NCBI GenBank assembly: GCA_045597465.1
Contig: JAZLKG010000057.1
Span: forward strand, 21,979-85,978
Reading direction: 5' to 3'
From: Bacteroidales bacterium
Lineage (GTDB): Bacteria; Bacteroidota; Bacteroidia; Bacteroidales; UBA3824
DNA: 64,000 bases
Below are positions 35,249 through 50,971 of this stretch, one piece after another. A program made the position numbers and the translations under genes. The notes beneath the pieces were generated by a model. It made no database searches and was not told the origin of the DNA. It saw only the letters and a list, made by a program, of their open reading frames with translations. How positions within the stretch are numbered: the stretch's first letter is position 1; every line of letters begins with the position of its first letter.

Positions 35249-35938
35249 ATGAAACATATAATACTGCTGATAGCAATAGCAATGGCCGTATCGGTTCCCG
35301 GGAAACTACTGGCCTACTGGGATTTCGAGTATCAGAACCTGTATTTCAAGATTGTGGACAATCAAAACAGGACAGTGGAGGTGGTGAGCACCGTGCAGCG
35401 CGACGGCACCGTAAATGTGCCAGCATCAGCCCGGTACAACGATACCGAATACAGGGTAGCCGCAATAGGACGCCGCGCCTTCGCCGACTGCAAAAAACTG
35501 ATGGCCGTCACCATAGAGGAAGGCGTCGGGGAGATTGGACACTCGGCGTTCCGCAACTGCGTAAACCTGATATCGTGCACATTGCCCAAATCGCTGAGGC
35601 TGATAGGCATGGACGCCTTCATGGACTGCAAAAACCTGAGAAGCATCAGCATAGGCCCCAACGTGGGCAAAATAGACGTGCAGGCATTCTACAGATGCCA
35701 AAACCTGGAGAAACTTACAATAGAGTCCGGAGACTGCGAGCTGGAGATCCACGCCTTTGAGGGCTGCAAGAGCCTAAACACCATAATACTGAAGACCCAG
35801 GAGACTATAAGAATAAAATACAGCTCATTTGCCGGAGTGCCTGCCGGAGCCGAGATTTTCGCCGACAAAAAATGCGTATCCAAAATCAAAAAAGACAAAT
35901 ACTGGAGCCAGTTCACCAACATCCACACAACAAAATAA
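35249..35938 (+). CDS. BspA-type leucine-rich repeat surface protein
   Basis: Start MKHIILLIAIAMAVS at 35249. Repeats of the form I..IG..AF..C..L.S..IP (IGRRAFADCKKLMAVTI, IGHSAFRNCVNLISCTL, IGMDAFMDCKNLRSISI). Confidence 0.8.
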   Translation: MKHIILLIAIAMAVSVPGKLLAYWDFEYQNLYFKIVDNQNRTVEVVSTVQRDGTVNVPASARYNDTEYRVAAIGRRAFADCKKLMAVTIEEGVGEIGHSAFRNCVNLISCTLPKSLRLIGMDAFMDCKNLRSISIGPNVGKIDVQAFYRCQNLEKLTIESGDCELEIHAFEGCKSLNTIILKTQETIRIKYSSFAGVPAGAEIFADKKCVSKIKKDKYWSQFTNIHTTK

Positions 35939-36007
35939 AAAAAATCTTAGGGTTTATAGTAATTTATGTGTCTTATATATAAACAAACCTTACTAAATCA
36001 TTATAAC

Positions 36008-37432
36008 ATGAAGCTAAGACATTTTATCTGTCCGGCATTGGCCGCCGTGCTGATGCTTGCATCGTGCAACAAGGACAACAACACCCCCGGAGACGACAAT
36101 TCCGAAACCTACAAGGAAACCAACACCGACGAGCTGAGCAAGGCTCTGGTATGCGCCAAGGTAATGCCTCCAGAAACAGAACTCAACTACAGCTCCGACG
36201 AGGAATACACGGCTTCCAGAGAAGCCCTGAGAATACGCCGCAACAAGACAGCCATGTTCTGCATGAAGTTTGCAGAGAAGGTAGGCTTCAGCACCGAAAA
36301 AAACACCATAAACTCGCCCATATCGGCATTTCTGGTGCTGGGCATGGCAGCAGAGAGCGCCAACGGCGATACTCAGAAAGAGCTGCTGGACGCTCTGGGA
36401 ATGACCATGGACGAGCTGAAGGCAATGTCGCATGACCTCAGCAACGAACTAAACCGCAGCCTGAATCCCGATTTCACCTACGACTGGGAAACCGGAGACA
36501 GGGTAGAACTCGCTCCAAAAAACTTAATAAAATCCATCAACACCATCTGGACCTGCGACAAGGTTCACTTCAACCAGGAGGGACTGGCCAACGTATCTAA
36601 GGACTTCTACTGTGACCTCTTCAGCACCGACTTCCTTAGCGGAGAAGGCAACAAGCTGATAAACGCATACGTAAAAAACGAGACCCGCGGATTCCTGGAT
36701 ATTGACCTGAACGTAGACCCCGAGACAGTGCTCGCCCTCATGAACGTATTGTACGTAAAGGAGGTATGGAACGACAACAGCCGCGACCTCGACGACACCG
36801 ACAAACAATACGAATTCGAGAACAGCGACAAGTCGGTAGTGAAACAAAAGCTGCTTCAGGGCTACTATGCCAGCGGCAGGGCTATCAAAGGCAGCAACTA
36901 CCGCAAATTCTACACCTGCACCAACGACGGCTTCCGCCTCACCTTCATAGTGCCCGAAAACGGCAGCCAGATATCAGACATCTACAACTACGAGACACTC
37001 ATCAACAGAGGCTACACCACAGAAGAGCGCAACGGCAACGTGGTGACCCGATACCACACCAGATGCATGTTCCCCGAGTTTAAGGCCGACGTGCTGCAAA
37101 GCGTAAAAGATGCCATAAAGGAACTGGGAGTAAAGCATCTTTTCATGGATGGCGGCTGCGACTTCAGCAATCTTGTCGACTATGTGGACGGAGCCAGCGG
37201 AATATACTGCAGCGACGTAAAACAGGCTGCCCGTCTGGAGGTTTCGCGCTCGGGAATAGAGGGCGCCGCCGTAACGATAATGGAGATGACAATGGAATCA
37301 AGCCCAGGCCACGACGAGACAATCTACAAGGACGTATACGAGGACTTCATAGTAGACAAGGCTTTCGCATACACTCTGGAAGACCCATACGGCAACATAC
37401 TATTTACAGGAATAGTAAACTCCATAAAGTAA
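36008..37432 (+). CDS. serpin-family protease inhibitor lipoprotein
   Basis: Start MKLRHFICPALAAVLMLASC (lipobox) at 36008. NSPISAFLVLGMAAESANGDTQKEL. Hinge/RCL EVSRSGIEGAAVTIMEM. C-terminal FIVDKAFAYTLEDPYGNILFTGIV. Confidence 0.8.
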   Translation: MKLRHFICPALAAVLMLASCNKDNNTPGDDNSETYKETNTDELSKALVCAKVMPPETELNYSSDEEYTASREALRIRRNKTAMFCMKFAEKVGFSTEKNTINSPISAFLVLGMAAESANGDTQKELLDALGMTMDELKAMSHDLSNELNRSLNPDFTYDWETGDRVELAPKNLIKSINTIWTCDKVHFNQEGLANVSKDFYCDLFSTDFLSGEGNKLINAYVKNETRGFLDIDLNVDPETVLALMNVLYVKEVWNDNSRDLDDTDKQYEFENSDKSVVKQKLLQGYYASGRAIKGSNYRKFYTCTNDGFRLTFIVPENGSQISDIYNYETLINRGYTTEERNGNVVTRYHTRCMFPEFKADVLQSVKDAIKELGVKHLFMDGGCDFSNLVDYVDGASGIYCSDVKQAARLEVSRSGIEGAAVTIMEMTMESSPGHDETIYKDVYEDFIVDKAFAYTLEDPYGNILFTGIVNSIK

Positions 37433-37460
37433 TCCCAATAATAGGATACCGACATTAAAG

Positions 37461-37505
37461 GCACGTTGTCCTGAGCAGCAGCATCAGGGCAACGTGCTTT
37501 TTTTT
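37461..37505 (+). terminator. rho-independent terminator after the serpin gene
   Basis: GCACGTTGTCCTGA...TCAGGGCAACGTGC stem followed by T8. Confidence 0.8.
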
Positions 37506-37599
37506 GCCTTTTTCTTGCATAATAAAATCAAATACACTACCTTTGAAAACAGAAATTTTATAATCCATATTTTATCCAATTTACTAAAAAAAACACATT

Positions 37600-38943
37600 A
37601 TGGCATCTGTAAAAGAAAAGATCGGCTACGCCCTTGGCGACGCGGCCGCCGGTGGCATCACATGGAAAATCATGTCAATAGCCTTCCCCCTGTTTTTCAC
37701 CAACGTATACGGACTATCGCTCGTGGATACGGCAGCCCTGATGCTGATAGCGAGAATGTTCGACGTATTCACCGACCCCATCATGGGCAGCCTGGCCGAC
37801 AGAACGGTCTCAAAGTGGGGCACCTACCGTCCGTGGCTGATACTGGGCGCCGTGCCTTTTGGCCTGATATTCGCCCTGCTGCTCTACACTCCTGACTTCG
37901 GCCCCGTGGGCAAGCGCGTATACGCCTACACTCTCTATCTGCTCATGATGGCAGTATACACCGCCGTAAACGTGCCATACGGATCGCTGCTGGGCGTGAT
38001 GACCAACGACGACAACGAGAAAAACCAGTTCTCATCGTACCGTATGGTGGGTGCATACGCCATGGGATTCATCACCCTGTTCTCGTTCCCATACATCCAG
38101 AAGGCCATCGGCGGCACCGAGCAGCATCAGTACGCCGTAATAGGCGTTATATTCGGCACAATGGCAGCCCTTATGACCCTGGCATGCGGCCTCATGACCA
38201 AGGAGAGGCTAAAGCCCGTACGCAGCGAGAAATTCGAGTTCAAGCAGTTTGCCGACCTCGTCAAAAACAAGCCCTGGGTATACCTCACAAGCATAGGCGT
38301 CTGCACCAACTTCTTCAACGGATTCCGCTACGCCGTGGCAGGATACATGTTCACATACTGCATGGACGGTGATGTAACCCTGGGCGCCTTCATCATCAAC
38401 TTCACAGTATTCATGGCCATAGGCGAGGTAGTCTGCATGATATTCGGCGGAGTGTCCCCGGCATTCACCAAGATGATAGGCAGCAAGAAAATGGCCTTTG
38501 TATGGGCATCGGCAATATGCGTGGCCACATCGCTGATATTCTTCCTGATACCTATGGACAAGTCATTAATGTGGCTCATGATAGCCGTGGTAATCCTTAC
38601 CTCAATAGGCGTAGGCCTCTACTCGCCGCTGCTCTGGAGCATGTATGCCGACGTGGCCGACTATGCCACCGAGAAAAACGGCACATCATCCACAGGCCTG
38701 ATATTCTCATCCGGCACCATGGCGCAGAAACTGGGCGGCGCAGTATCGGGCGCCCTCGTGGCAGCGCTCCTCGGAGTGGCCGGAGCCACCATGGTAACCG
38801 ACGAATTCGGCAACAAGACCATCGACCCCGAATCTGTAAACGACTCAGTAAGGACCATGATCTGGATGCTCTTCTCGGTATTCCCCGCCATAATAGCCCT
38901 CATAATGGGATGGCTGGCCTACAAGTTCCCGATAAAGAAATAA
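37600..38943 (+). CDS. MFS transporter, glycoside-pentoside-hexuronide (GPH) cation symporter family
   Basis: 447 aa. KEKIGYALGD start and the GPH signature LADRTVSKWGTYRPW. Confidence 0.85.
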   Translation: MASVKEKIGYALGDAAAGGITWKIMSIAFPLFFTNVYGLSLVDTAALMLIARMFDVFTDPIMGSLADRTVSKWGTYRPWLILGAVPFGLIFALLLYTPDFGPVGKRVYAYTLYLLMMAVYTAVNVPYGSLLGVMTNDDNEKNQFSSYRMVGAYAMGFITLFSFPYIQKAIGGTEQHQYAVIGVIFGTMAALMTLACGLMTKERLKPVRSEKFEFKQFADLVKNKPWVYLTSIGVCTNFFNGFRYAVAGYMFTYCMDGDVTLGAFIINFTVFMAIGEVVCMIFGGVSPAFTKMIGSKKMAFVWASAICVATSLIFFLIPMDKSLMWLMIAVVILTSIGVGLYSPLLWSMYADVADYATEKNGTSSTGLIFSSGTMAQKLGGAVSGALVAALLGVAGATMVTDEFGNKTIDPESVNDSVRTMIWMLFSVFPAIIALIMGWLAYKFPIKK

Positions 38944-38967
38944 CCAAACAAATATCCACCAAACCCA

Positions 38968-40326
38968 ATGGCGACACTAAAAGAAAAGATAGGCTACGGA
39001 CTGGGCGATATGTCGGCAAGCATGTACTGGAAGCTTCTGTCGAACTATCTGCCCCTGTTCTACGGCATGGCATTCGGACTCAACCTGATAACCATAGGCA
39101 CGCTTATGGCTGTATCACGTATCTGGGATGCGGTATCGGACCCCATAATGGGACTGATATCTGACCGCACGTGGTCCAGGAAAGGTCGTTTCCGTCCATA
39201 CATGATATGGTTTTCGGTGCCACTGGCCATATCGGCCTACATGCTTTTCGTGACGCCCGACACCGACTACGACGGCAAGACCATCTGGGCATACATCACA
39301 TACATGGCCATGATGCTCTTCTACACCATAGTGAATGTGCCCTACGCCGCCCTGCTGGGCGTAATGACCTCCGACAGCCATGAGAAAACCCAGCTGGCTG
39401 TATACAGAATGGCGTTCGCATACGCCGGAGGCTTTCTGATACTGCTGCTATGGAGGCCGCTGTGCGAATACATGGGCGGATATACCGGCAGCGAAGCCCG
39501 GATAGGATGGCCCAAGGCCATTGCCCTGGTGGGAGTAGTGACGGTAGTGCTGTTTGCAATGTGTTTCGCCCTTACCCGCGAGAACTTGAAAACAGGATCA
39601 TCGAAAAGCGTATCAGGCGACCTGAAAGACCTCTATAAAAACCTGCCATGGTGGGTGCTGTCGGCAGCAGTGTTCTGCCTAAACATGTTCAACACATTCA
39701 GGTCCACCACCACGCTCTTCTATTTCCAGCACTACCTGCCAGGAACCGACAGTGCGCTCATTACAGGAGGCGTGTTCATGGCGGCGGGAGAAATCAGCAA
39801 CATGCTGGGAATCATATTCCTGACAACGCCATTATCACGCATGTTTGGCAAAAAGAAGGTTTTCATAGCCTGCGGAGTAGTGCTGGCCATATTGTCGGCA
39901 GGCTACTTCCTGCTGCCGCCCACCGACAGTGGAATAATAGGAGCATTCGTGCTGCAGATACTGATAGGAATCACCACGGGCATAATATCACCACTGATAT
40001 GGAGCATGTACGCCGACGTATCGGACTATGCGCAGATAAAGAACGGATCGCCATCGGTGGGCCTGATATTCTCTACAGGAAGCATGGCACAGAAACTCGG
40101 CGGCGCCATAGCCGCAAGCCTTGTGCTCTGGCTGCTGGCCGGCTTCGGACTCGATCCCGAACTGCCGGAGCAAAACACAGCCACCATGCTTGGCCTGAAG
40201 ATATGCATGAGCCTGTATCCGGCAGGCATAGCCATCATCATGGCCTACGCCGCCACAATATACACCCTGGACGACAAGACAATGGAAAACGTGCGTCAGG
40301 AAACAAAGTCAGGAGAAGACAACTGA
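38968..40326 (+). CDS. MFS transporter, GPH family (tandem paralogue)
   Basis: 452 aa. KEKIGYGLGD start and the signature ISDRTWSRKGRFRPY. Confidence 0.85.
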   Translation: MATLKEKIGYGLGDMSASMYWKLLSNYLPLFYGMAFGLNLITIGTLMAVSRIWDAVSDPIMGLISDRTWSRKGRFRPYMIWFSVPLAISAYMLFVTPDTDYDGKTIWAYITYMAMMLFYTIVNVPYAALLGVMTSDSHEKTQLAVYRMAFAYAGGFLILLLWRPLCEYMGGYTGSEARIGWPKAIALVGVVTVVLFAMCFALTRENLKTGSSKSVSGDLKDLYKNLPWWVLSAAVFCLNMFNTFRSTTTLFYFQHYLPGTDSALITGGVFMAAGEISNMLGIIFLTTPLSRMFGKKKVFIACGVVLAILSAGYFLLPPTDSGIIGAFVLQILIGITTGIISPLIWSMYADVSDYAQIKNGSPSVGLIFSTGSMAQKLGGAIAASLVLWLLAGFGLDPELPEQNTATMLGLKICMSLYPAGIAIIMAYAATIYTLDDKTMENVRQETKSGEDN

Positions 40327-40380
40327 TGACAGAATCAGCCGCCAACCTTCCAACAAGCAAGTAATAGAAATCCTCAAAAA

Positions 40381-40417
40381 AAGACGGGCCGGAACATTTT
40401 CGTTACCGGCCCGTCTT
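40381..40417. terminator. bidirectional terminator (GPH transporter / rpoC convergent)
   Basis: AAGACGGGCCGG pairs perfectly with CCGGCCCGTCTT. Preceded by A7 and followed by T-rich sequence. Confidence 0.8.
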
Positions 40418-40439
40418 TATAATATCAGTAGTCTGTAGT

Positions 40440-44696
<4,257 letters not shown>

Positions 44697-44790
44697 GTTC
44701 GTTGCACTTGTTAAAAAAAAAGTTGTGAAATATGTAAAGCCGAGGTGCCTGGAAAAACGCACCTCAGCATCATAAAAACCTATATCCCGG

Positions 44791-47700
44791 TTAAGAGAGT
44801 GTTACGCTGAGACCGAGGCCCCTGAGCTCGTGCAGAAGCACGTTGAAAGACTCTGGGATGCCTGGTGTAGGCATTGGATCACCCTTGACGATAGCCTCGT
44901 ATGCCTTGGCGCGGCCAACAACATCGTCTGACTTTACAGTAAGGATCTCCTGAAGGATGTTGGCTGCACCGAATGCCTCGATGGCCCAAACCTCCATCTC
45001 TCCGAAACGCTGACCACCAAACTGGGCCTTACCGCCCAAAGGCTGCTGAGTGATGAGAGAGTAAGGTCCGATAGAACGGGCGTGCATCTTGTCATCAACC
45101 ATGTGTCCGAGCTTCAGCATGTAGATAACACCTACTGTGGCAGGCTGGTCGAAACGCTCTCCAGTGCCTCCGTCGTAGAGGTAAGTCTTGCCGAAACGTG
45201 GCAGGCCATTCTGCTCCATGAGGTTTCCGATCTCCTCGGCCGAAGCACCGTCGAAGATTGGTGTGGCGAATGTGCATCCCATAAGTTTGCCGGCCCAGCC
45301 GAGAACAGTCTCATAGATCTGTCCAAGGTTCATACGGGAAGGCACACCCAGAGGGTTGAGCACGATATCCACTGGAGTACCATCCTCGAGGAATGGCATA
45401 TCCTCGGCACGTACGATACGTGAAACGATACCCTTGTTACCGTGACGTCCAGCCATCTTGTCGCCCACGCGGAGCTTACGCTTCATGGCTACATAAACCT
45501 TTGCAAGCTGAACAATACCAACTGGCAACTCGTCACCAACCATGAAGTTGTATTTCTGACGGCGGTATACCGACTCCTCCTCCTTGTACTTTACAATGTA
45601 GTTGTGGAGAAGAGCCTTTATCATATCGTTCTTCTTCTTGTCGGTGGTCCACTTGTTTGGATTGATCTCGATATAGTCGGGAACATCCTGCAGAAGCTTC
45701 ATGGTGAACTTGGAACCCTTGGGGATTATATCCTTGTTGATGTAGTCCTTCACACCCTGAGAGGTCTTGCCGTTTGTAAGAACAAACAACTTCTCGATGA
45801 GCTTGTTTCTAAGATCTGCGGCAACCTTTTCGAAATCCTTGTCGATCTTCATGATAAGAGGCTTGTCGGCAGTCTTGCCCTTGCGGTCCTTCATCTGGCG
45901 CGAGAACAGACGCTTCTCAATAACAACACCCTTTACCGAAGGAGGAGTCTTCAAAGAAGCATCCTTTACATCACCGGCCTTGTCACCGAAGATGGCTCGG
46001 AGCAGCTTCTCCTCTGGTGAAGGATCGCTCTCGCCCTTAGGAGTAATCTTACCGATAAGGATATCGCCCTGAGTAACCTCGGCGCCTACACGGATAAGAC
46101 CATTCTCATCAAGATTCTTGGTAGCATCCTCGCTCACATTTGGAATATCAGAAGTAAGCTCCTCCATACCGCGCTTGGTATCGCGGACCTCGAGCTGATA
46201 CTCGTCGATGTGGATAGATGTGAACAAATCCTCGCGAACAACACGCTCGGAGATAACGATGGCGTCCTCGTAGTTGTAACCCTTCCAAGGCATGAAAGCC
46301 ACCTTCATATTGCGACCCAAAGCAAGCTCGCCACCCTTGGTTGCGTAACCCTCGGTGAGGATCTCGCCCTTCTTCACCTCCTGGCCCTTGCGGACGATAG
46401 GACGGATGTTGATACACATACTCTGGTTAGTCTTCTTGAACTTGGTAAGCATGTAGGTAACGTTCTCGTCGTTGAAATCAACGAAACGCTCGTCCTCGGT
46501 CTTATTGTAGCGTATAACGATACGCTCGCCATCCACGTACTGAATAACACCGTCGTCCTCAGCGATGATCTGAGTGCGTGAGTCGTGGGCACAACGTGCC
46601 TCGATACCTGTACCTACTATAGGAGCCTCTGGCTCCAGGATTGGAACTGCCTGACGCATCATGTTGGAACCCATCAATGCACGGTGGGCATCGTCGTGCT
46701 CCAAGAATGGGATAAGCGAGGCAGCCAGAGAGGAAATCTGATTAGGCGCAACGTCCATGAGCTCTACCTCCTCAGGGGAAACCACAGGGAAGTCGGCATT
46801 CTTACGGACAGTAACACGCTTCTCGATAATCTTGCCATTATCGTCCATCTTGGTGGTAGCCTGGGCCACCTGCTTGTTGTCCTCATCCTCGGCAGTCATG
46901 TACTTGAGACCTTCCTCGGAGAAATCAACAACACCATCGGTTACCTTGCGGTAAGGAGTCTCGATGAAACCGAGATCATCAATCTTTGCGTAAACACAAA
47001 GAGAAGATATCAAACCGATGTTAGGACCCTCAGGTGTCTCGATAGGACAAAGACGGCCATAATGTGTATAGTGAACGTCACGAACCTCGAAACCGGCACG
47101 GTCTCTGGACAAACCACCAGGACCAAGAGCAGAAAGACGGCGCTTGTGGGTAATCTCGGCCAAAGGATTGGTCTGGTCCATGAACTGAGATAGCTGGTTG
47201 GTACCAAAGAACGAATTGATAACCGAAGCCAAAGTCTTGGCATTGATAAGGTCGGTTGGTGTAAACACCTCGTTGTCTCTAACGTTCATACGCTCACGGA
47301 TTGTGCGAGCCATACGGGCAAGACCAACACCGAACTGATCATAAAGCTGCTCGCCAACAGTGCGAACTCTACGGTTGCTCAAGTGGTCGATATCATCAAC
47401 ATTGTTCTTAGAGTTGATAAGTTCGATCAGATACTTAATAATCTCAATAATATCTTTCTGGGTAAGAATCTTGATAGAAGGATCAATGTCGAGATTGAGC
47501 TTCTTGTTGATTCTGTAACGACCCACGTCACCCAGGTCATAACGCTTGTCAGAGAAGAAAAGCTTGTCGATAGCGTCCTTTGCAGTAGCCTCGTCAGCGG
47601 GCTCAGCATTACGCAGCTGACGGTAAATGTGCTCCACAGCCTCCTTGGCTGAGTTGCTTGGGTCCTTCTGCAAAGTGTTGTAGATGATAGAGAAGTCGGA

Positions 47701-48600
47701 ACGGTCGGCCATATCCTTGTGGATAAGGATAGTAGTAGCGCCAGATTCGATAATCTGATCAACATGCTCAGGCAGGATCTCAGTCTCGCGGTCGATGATA
47801 ACCTCGTTGCGGACAATAGAAACCACCTCTCCGGTGTCCTCATCTACGAAATCCTCAGTCCAAGTCTTCAAAACCCTGGCGGCGAGCTTAGAGCCAACCA
47901 CCTTCTTGAGCGAAGCCTTGTTTACCTTAACCTCGTCGGCGAGGTCGAAGATCTGAAGAATGTCCTTGTCACTCTCATATCCGATAGCGCGGAGCAGAGT
48001 TGTGACAGGTAATTTTTTCTTACGATCGATGTAAGCATACATCACATTGTTGATGTCGGTAGCAAACTCGATCCAAGAGCCCTTGAAAGGAATAATTCTA
48101 GCTGAGTAAAGCTTGGTACCATTAGAATGCACGCTAGATCCGAAGAAAACACCAGGAGAGCGGTGGAGCTGCGAAACAACAACACGCTCGGCACCATTGA
48201 TAACGAAAGTACCAGCTGGTGTCATGTAAGGAACGGTACCAAGATAGACATCCTGAATAACCGTGTCGAAATCCTCATGCTCGGGATCGTTGCAGTAAAG
48301 CTTGAGTTTTGCTTTCAATGGAACGCTGTAAGTAAGACCACGGTCCAGGCATTCCGCAATTGAATATCTCGAGGGATCAACATAATAGTCGATAAACTCA
48401 AGAACAAAATTATTGCGAGTATCATTAATTGGGAAATTCTCGTTGAAAACCTTAAACAAGCCCTCCTGTTTTCTTTTCTCGGGGGTGGTCTCCAGCTGGA
48501 AGAAATCGTGGAACGACTTCAATTGAATTTCCAGAAAATCAGGATACTCTAACTGATTTTTAGTTGAAGCGAAACTGGTTCTAGAGTTATTCAGTAACAT
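44791..48600 (-). CDS. rpoB: DNA-directed RNA polymerase subunit beta
   Basis: 1269 aa. [25 protein letters not shown] (Rif region) and [12 protein letters not shown]. Confidence 0.98.
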   Translation of the reverse strand: MLLNNSRTSFASTKNQLEYPDFLEIQLKSFHDFFQLETTPEKRKQEGLFKVFNENFPINDTRNNFVLEFIDYYVDPSRYSIAECLDRGLTYSVPLKAKLKLYCNDPEHEDFDTVIQDVYLGTVPYMTPAGTFVINGAERVVVSQLHRSPGVFFGSSVHSNGTKLYSARIIPFKGSWIEFATDINNVMYAYIDRKKKLPVTTLLRAIGYESDKDILQIFDLADEVKVNKASLKKVVGSKLAARVLKTWTEDFVDEDTGEVVSIVRNEVIIDRETEILPEHVDQIIESGATTILIHKDMADRSDFSIIYNTLQKDPSNSAKEAVEHIYRQLRNAEPADEATAKDAIDKLFFSDKRYDLGDVGRYRINKKLNLDIDPSIKILTQKDIIEIIKYLIELINSKNNVDDIDHLSNRRVRTVGEQLYDQFGVGLARMARTIRERMNVRDNEVFTPTDLINAKTLASVINSFFGTNQLSQFMDQTNPLAEITHKRRLSALGPGGLSRDRAGFEVRDVHYTHYGRLCPIETPEGPNIGLISSLCVYAKIDDLGFIETPYRKVTDGVVDFSEEGLKYMTAEDEDNKQVAQATTKMDDNGKIIEKRVTVRKNADFPVVSPEEVELMDVAPNQISSLAASLIPFLEHDDAHRALMGSNMMRQAVPILEPEAPIVGTGIEARCAHDSRTQIIAEDDGVIQYVDGERIVIRYNKTEDERFVDFNDENVTYMLTKFKKTNQSMCINIRPIVRKGQEVKKGEILTEGYATKGGELALGRNMKVAFMPWKGYNYEDAIVISERVVREDLFTSIHIDEYQLEVRDTKRGMEELTSDIPNVSEDATKNLDENGLIRVGAEVTQGDILIGKITPKGESDPSPEEKLLRAIFGDKAGDVKDASLKTPPSVKGVVIEKRLFSRQMKDRKGKTADKPLIMKIDKDFEKVAADLRNKLIEKLFVLTNGKTSQGVKDYINKDIIPKGSKFTMKLLQDVPDYIEINPNKWTTDKKKNDMIKALLHNYIVKYKEEESVYRRQKYNFMVGDELPVGIVQLAKVYVAMKRKLRVGDKMAGRHGNKGIVSRIVRAEDMPFLEDGTPVDIVLNPLGVPSRMNLGQIYETVLGWAGKLMGCTFATPIFDGASAEEIGNLMEQNGLPRFGKTYLYDGGTGERFDQPATVGVIYMLKLGHMVDDKMHARSIGPYSLITQQPLGGKAQFGGQRFGEMEVWAIEAFGAANILQEILTVKSDDVVGRAKAYEAIVKGDPMPTPGIPESFNVLLHELRGLGLSVTLS

Positions 48601-48655
48601 CTGATTATATTATAATTATAAAAATTGAAAGAAAGTGAAATTGACTGAATATGAC

Positions 48656-48698
48656 AAAAAGGTCTAGTATCCTCAGCTGTTAGTAAGGATACTAAACC
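48656..48698 (-). terminator. rplL-rpoB intergenic attenuator/terminator hairpin
   Basis: 13-bp stem: GGTCTAGTATCCT pairs with AGGATACTAAACC (one mismatch), followed on the minus strand by T5. Its position matches the classical partial terminator between rplL and rpoB. Confidence 0.65.
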
Positions 48699-48733
48699 TG
48701 AAAACTCTCTTAAGGGATTAAGAGCACGTTTTA

Positions 48734-49111
48734 TTACTTCAATTCAACTTCAGCACCTGCCTCAGTCAACTTAGCCTTAAGAGCCTCGGCCTCTTCCTTA
48801 GAAACCTTCTCCTTAACGGCCTTAGGACAAGCGTCTACGAGGTCCTTAGCCTCCTTAAGACCAAGACCGCACTCCTCCTTAACGAGTTTTACGATCTGGA
48901 GCTTAGCTGCGCCTGCTGACTTGAGGATAACGTCGAACTCAGTCTGCTCAGCTGCGGCTGCTGCACCGTCACCAGCTGCTGGAGCTGCTACTGCTACAGC
49001 TGCAGCTGCAGGCTCAATACCGTACTCATCCTTAAATATCTTTGCGAGCTCAGTAACTTCCAATACTGTCAAGTTAACCAACTCCTGTGCTAATGCTTTC
49101 AAATCTGCCAT
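48734..49111 (-). CDS. rplL: 50S ribosomal protein L7/L12
   Basis: 125 aa. Ala-rich hinge and C-terminal [19 protein letters not shown]. Confidence 0.97.
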   Translation of the reverse strand: MADLKALAQELVNLTVLEVTELAKIFKDEYGIEPAAAAVAVAAPAAGDGAAAAAEQTEFDVILKSAGAAKLQIVKLVKEECGLGLKEAKDLVDACPKAVKEKVSKEEAEALKAKLTEAGAEVELK

Positions 49112-49164
49112 TTTATTTTAAATTTTTAAAATTGTTTTTAAATAAATTTGTTTTTTATTGGGCC

Positions 49165-49680
49165 CTATCGATTCTCGAGAGCCTTTACAAGACCTGTAAG
49201 TTTGTTCTGACCATCCTGGAGACAAGAAATAACATTCTTGATTGGGGACTGGAGCAAACCGATGATATCTCCGAGGAGTTCCTCCTTTGACTTGATTGTG
49301 GTGAGGGTCTCGATCATATTGTCGCCAACATAGACGCACTCCTGAACGTAAGCACCCTTGAGGATAGGCTTGTCGTTAGACTTACGCATCTCCTTAATCA
49401 ACTTTGCAGGAGCATTTGCTGTCTCACAGAACATCACGCAAGTGTTGTTTGTAAGAAGAGGCATCAAATCGTCAACGTTCTTGCCGCTCTTCTCGAGAGC
49501 CTTGCGGAGGAGGGTGTTCTTCACTACCTGAAGAGTAATCTCCTTCTCGAAGCAAGCCTTGCGCAATTTGTAGGTAGCCTCAGCATTAAGATCGGAAATA
49601 TCGGCCAGATAGAAATTCTGAGAATTTGCTATCTTCTCTGACAACGTGTCAATGATTATACCTTTATCTGCTTTTTTCAT
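49165..49680 (-). CDS. rplJ: 50S ribosomal protein L10
   Basis: 171 aa, located between rplA and rplL, with L10-like sequence. Confidence 0.93.
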   Translation of the reverse strand: MKKADKGIIIDTLSEKIANSQNFYLADISDLNAEATYKLRKACFEKEITLQVVKNTLLRKALEKSGKNVDDLMPLLTNNTCVMFCETANAPAKLIKEMRKSNDKPILKGAYVQECVYVGDNMIETLTTIKSKEELLGDIIGLLQSPIKNVISCLQDGQNKLTGLVKALENR

Positions 49681-49692
49681 CTCTTTCGTTTA

Positions 49693-50394
49693 TTAGTTGG
49701 CCGAATCAATAGTCTTAACGTCAACATTAATACTTGGAGACATTGTGCCGCTTACGTAAACACTCTTTACATAAGTACCCTTGGCTGCAGCAGGTTTCAA
49801 CTTGATTACTGTGCGGAGGAACTCACGCGCATTCTCAAATATCTTCTGACCCTCGAAAGAGGCCTTTCCTACTGGACAGTGGATAATTCCGTACTTGTCA
49901 ACCTTAAAATCTATCTTTCCGAGTTTTACATCTTTAACTGCCTGAGCAATCTCCATTGTAACAGTACCGGTTTTTGGGTTAGGCATCAAACCACGTGGAC
50001 CGAGGATTCTACCCAACTTACCAACCTTACCCATGCATGAAGGCATTGTGATAATTACGTCAACATCTGTCCAACCTGCCGAGATCTTGTTTACATACTC
50101 GTCAAGTCCTACATAGTCGGCGCCTGCAGCCTTAGCCTCCTCCTCCTTGTCGGGAGTACAGAGTACCAAAACCTTCTTATCTTTACCAGTACCATTAGGA
50201 AGAGTAACAACGCCTCTAACCATCTGGTTAGCCTTCTTAGGATCAACACCAAGACGTACATCAACATCTACCGAGGAATCGAACTTTGTGGTAACGATTT
50301 GCTTTACCAAGTTGCAAGCTTCCTCAAGTGAATATTGCTTTCCCTCTTCGATTTTGGCCAGCGCAGCTTTATAATTTTTACTTACTTTTCCCAT
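49693..50394 (-). CDS. rplA: 50S ribosomal protein L1
   Basis: 233 aa. [19 protein letters not shown] and [10 protein letters not shown]. Confidence 0.97.
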   Translation of the reverse strand: MGKVSKNYKAALAKIEEGKQYSLEEACNLVKQIVTTKFDSSVDVDVRLGVDPKKANQMVRGVVTLPNGTGKDKKVLVLCTPDKEEEAKAAGADYVGLDEYVNKISAGWTDVDVIITMPSCMGKVGKLGRILGPRGLMPNPKTGTVTMEIAQAVKDVKLGKIDFKVDKYGIIHCPVGKASFEGQKIFENAREFLRTVIKLKPAAAKGTYVKSVYVSGTMSPSINVDVKTIDSAN

Positions 50395-50411
50395 TTCGAT
50401 TTTGTTATTTT

Positions 50412-50855
50412 TTAGTTATCAAAAGGTGATGGGCCGCTTACCACGATACCCATGCTCTTAGCTGTGCCTGCAACCATCTTCATTGCTGATTCTATAGTGA
50501 AACAGTTCAAGTCGGGAAGCTTGTCCTCGGCAATCTGCTTTACTACGTCCCAAGAAATTGTTGCAACCTTCTTTCTATTAGGTTCAGCAGAGCCTGACTT
50601 TATCTTGGCAAGCTCCTTAAGCTGTGCTCCGGCTGGAGATGTCTTCAATACGAAGTCAAACGATTTATCGCTGTATACTGTGATAACTACAGGAACAACC
50701 TTTCCTGCCTTATCCTTAGTCTTAGCGTTAAACTGCTTGCAGAATTCCATAATGTTGACACCCTTGGAACCAAGCGCTGGACCAATAGGTGGTGAAGGAT
50801 TGGCTGCACCGCCTTTGATTTCCAACTTAACAAATCCGGTAATTTCTTTAGCCAT
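50412..50855 (-). CDS. rplK: 50S ribosomal protein L11
   Basis: 147 aa. [22 protein letters not shown]. Confidence 0.97.
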   Translation of the reverse strand: MAKEITGFVKLEIKGGAANPSPPIGPALGSKGVNIMEFCKQFNAKTKDKAGKVVPVVITVYSDKSFDFVLKTSPAGAQLKELAKIKSGSAEPNRKKVATISWDVVKQIAEDKLPDLNCFTIESAMKMVAGTAKSMGIVVSGPSPFDN

Positions 50856-50971
50856 TTTGTTTAATCTTAAAAAAATTGATTTGTTTGTATAATAAACGGT
50901 TATTCTTCAGAAAAACGTTGGAAGCATTAGATAATATTGAGAAGAGTGTCTTCCGAAGAACAGTCACCGAT

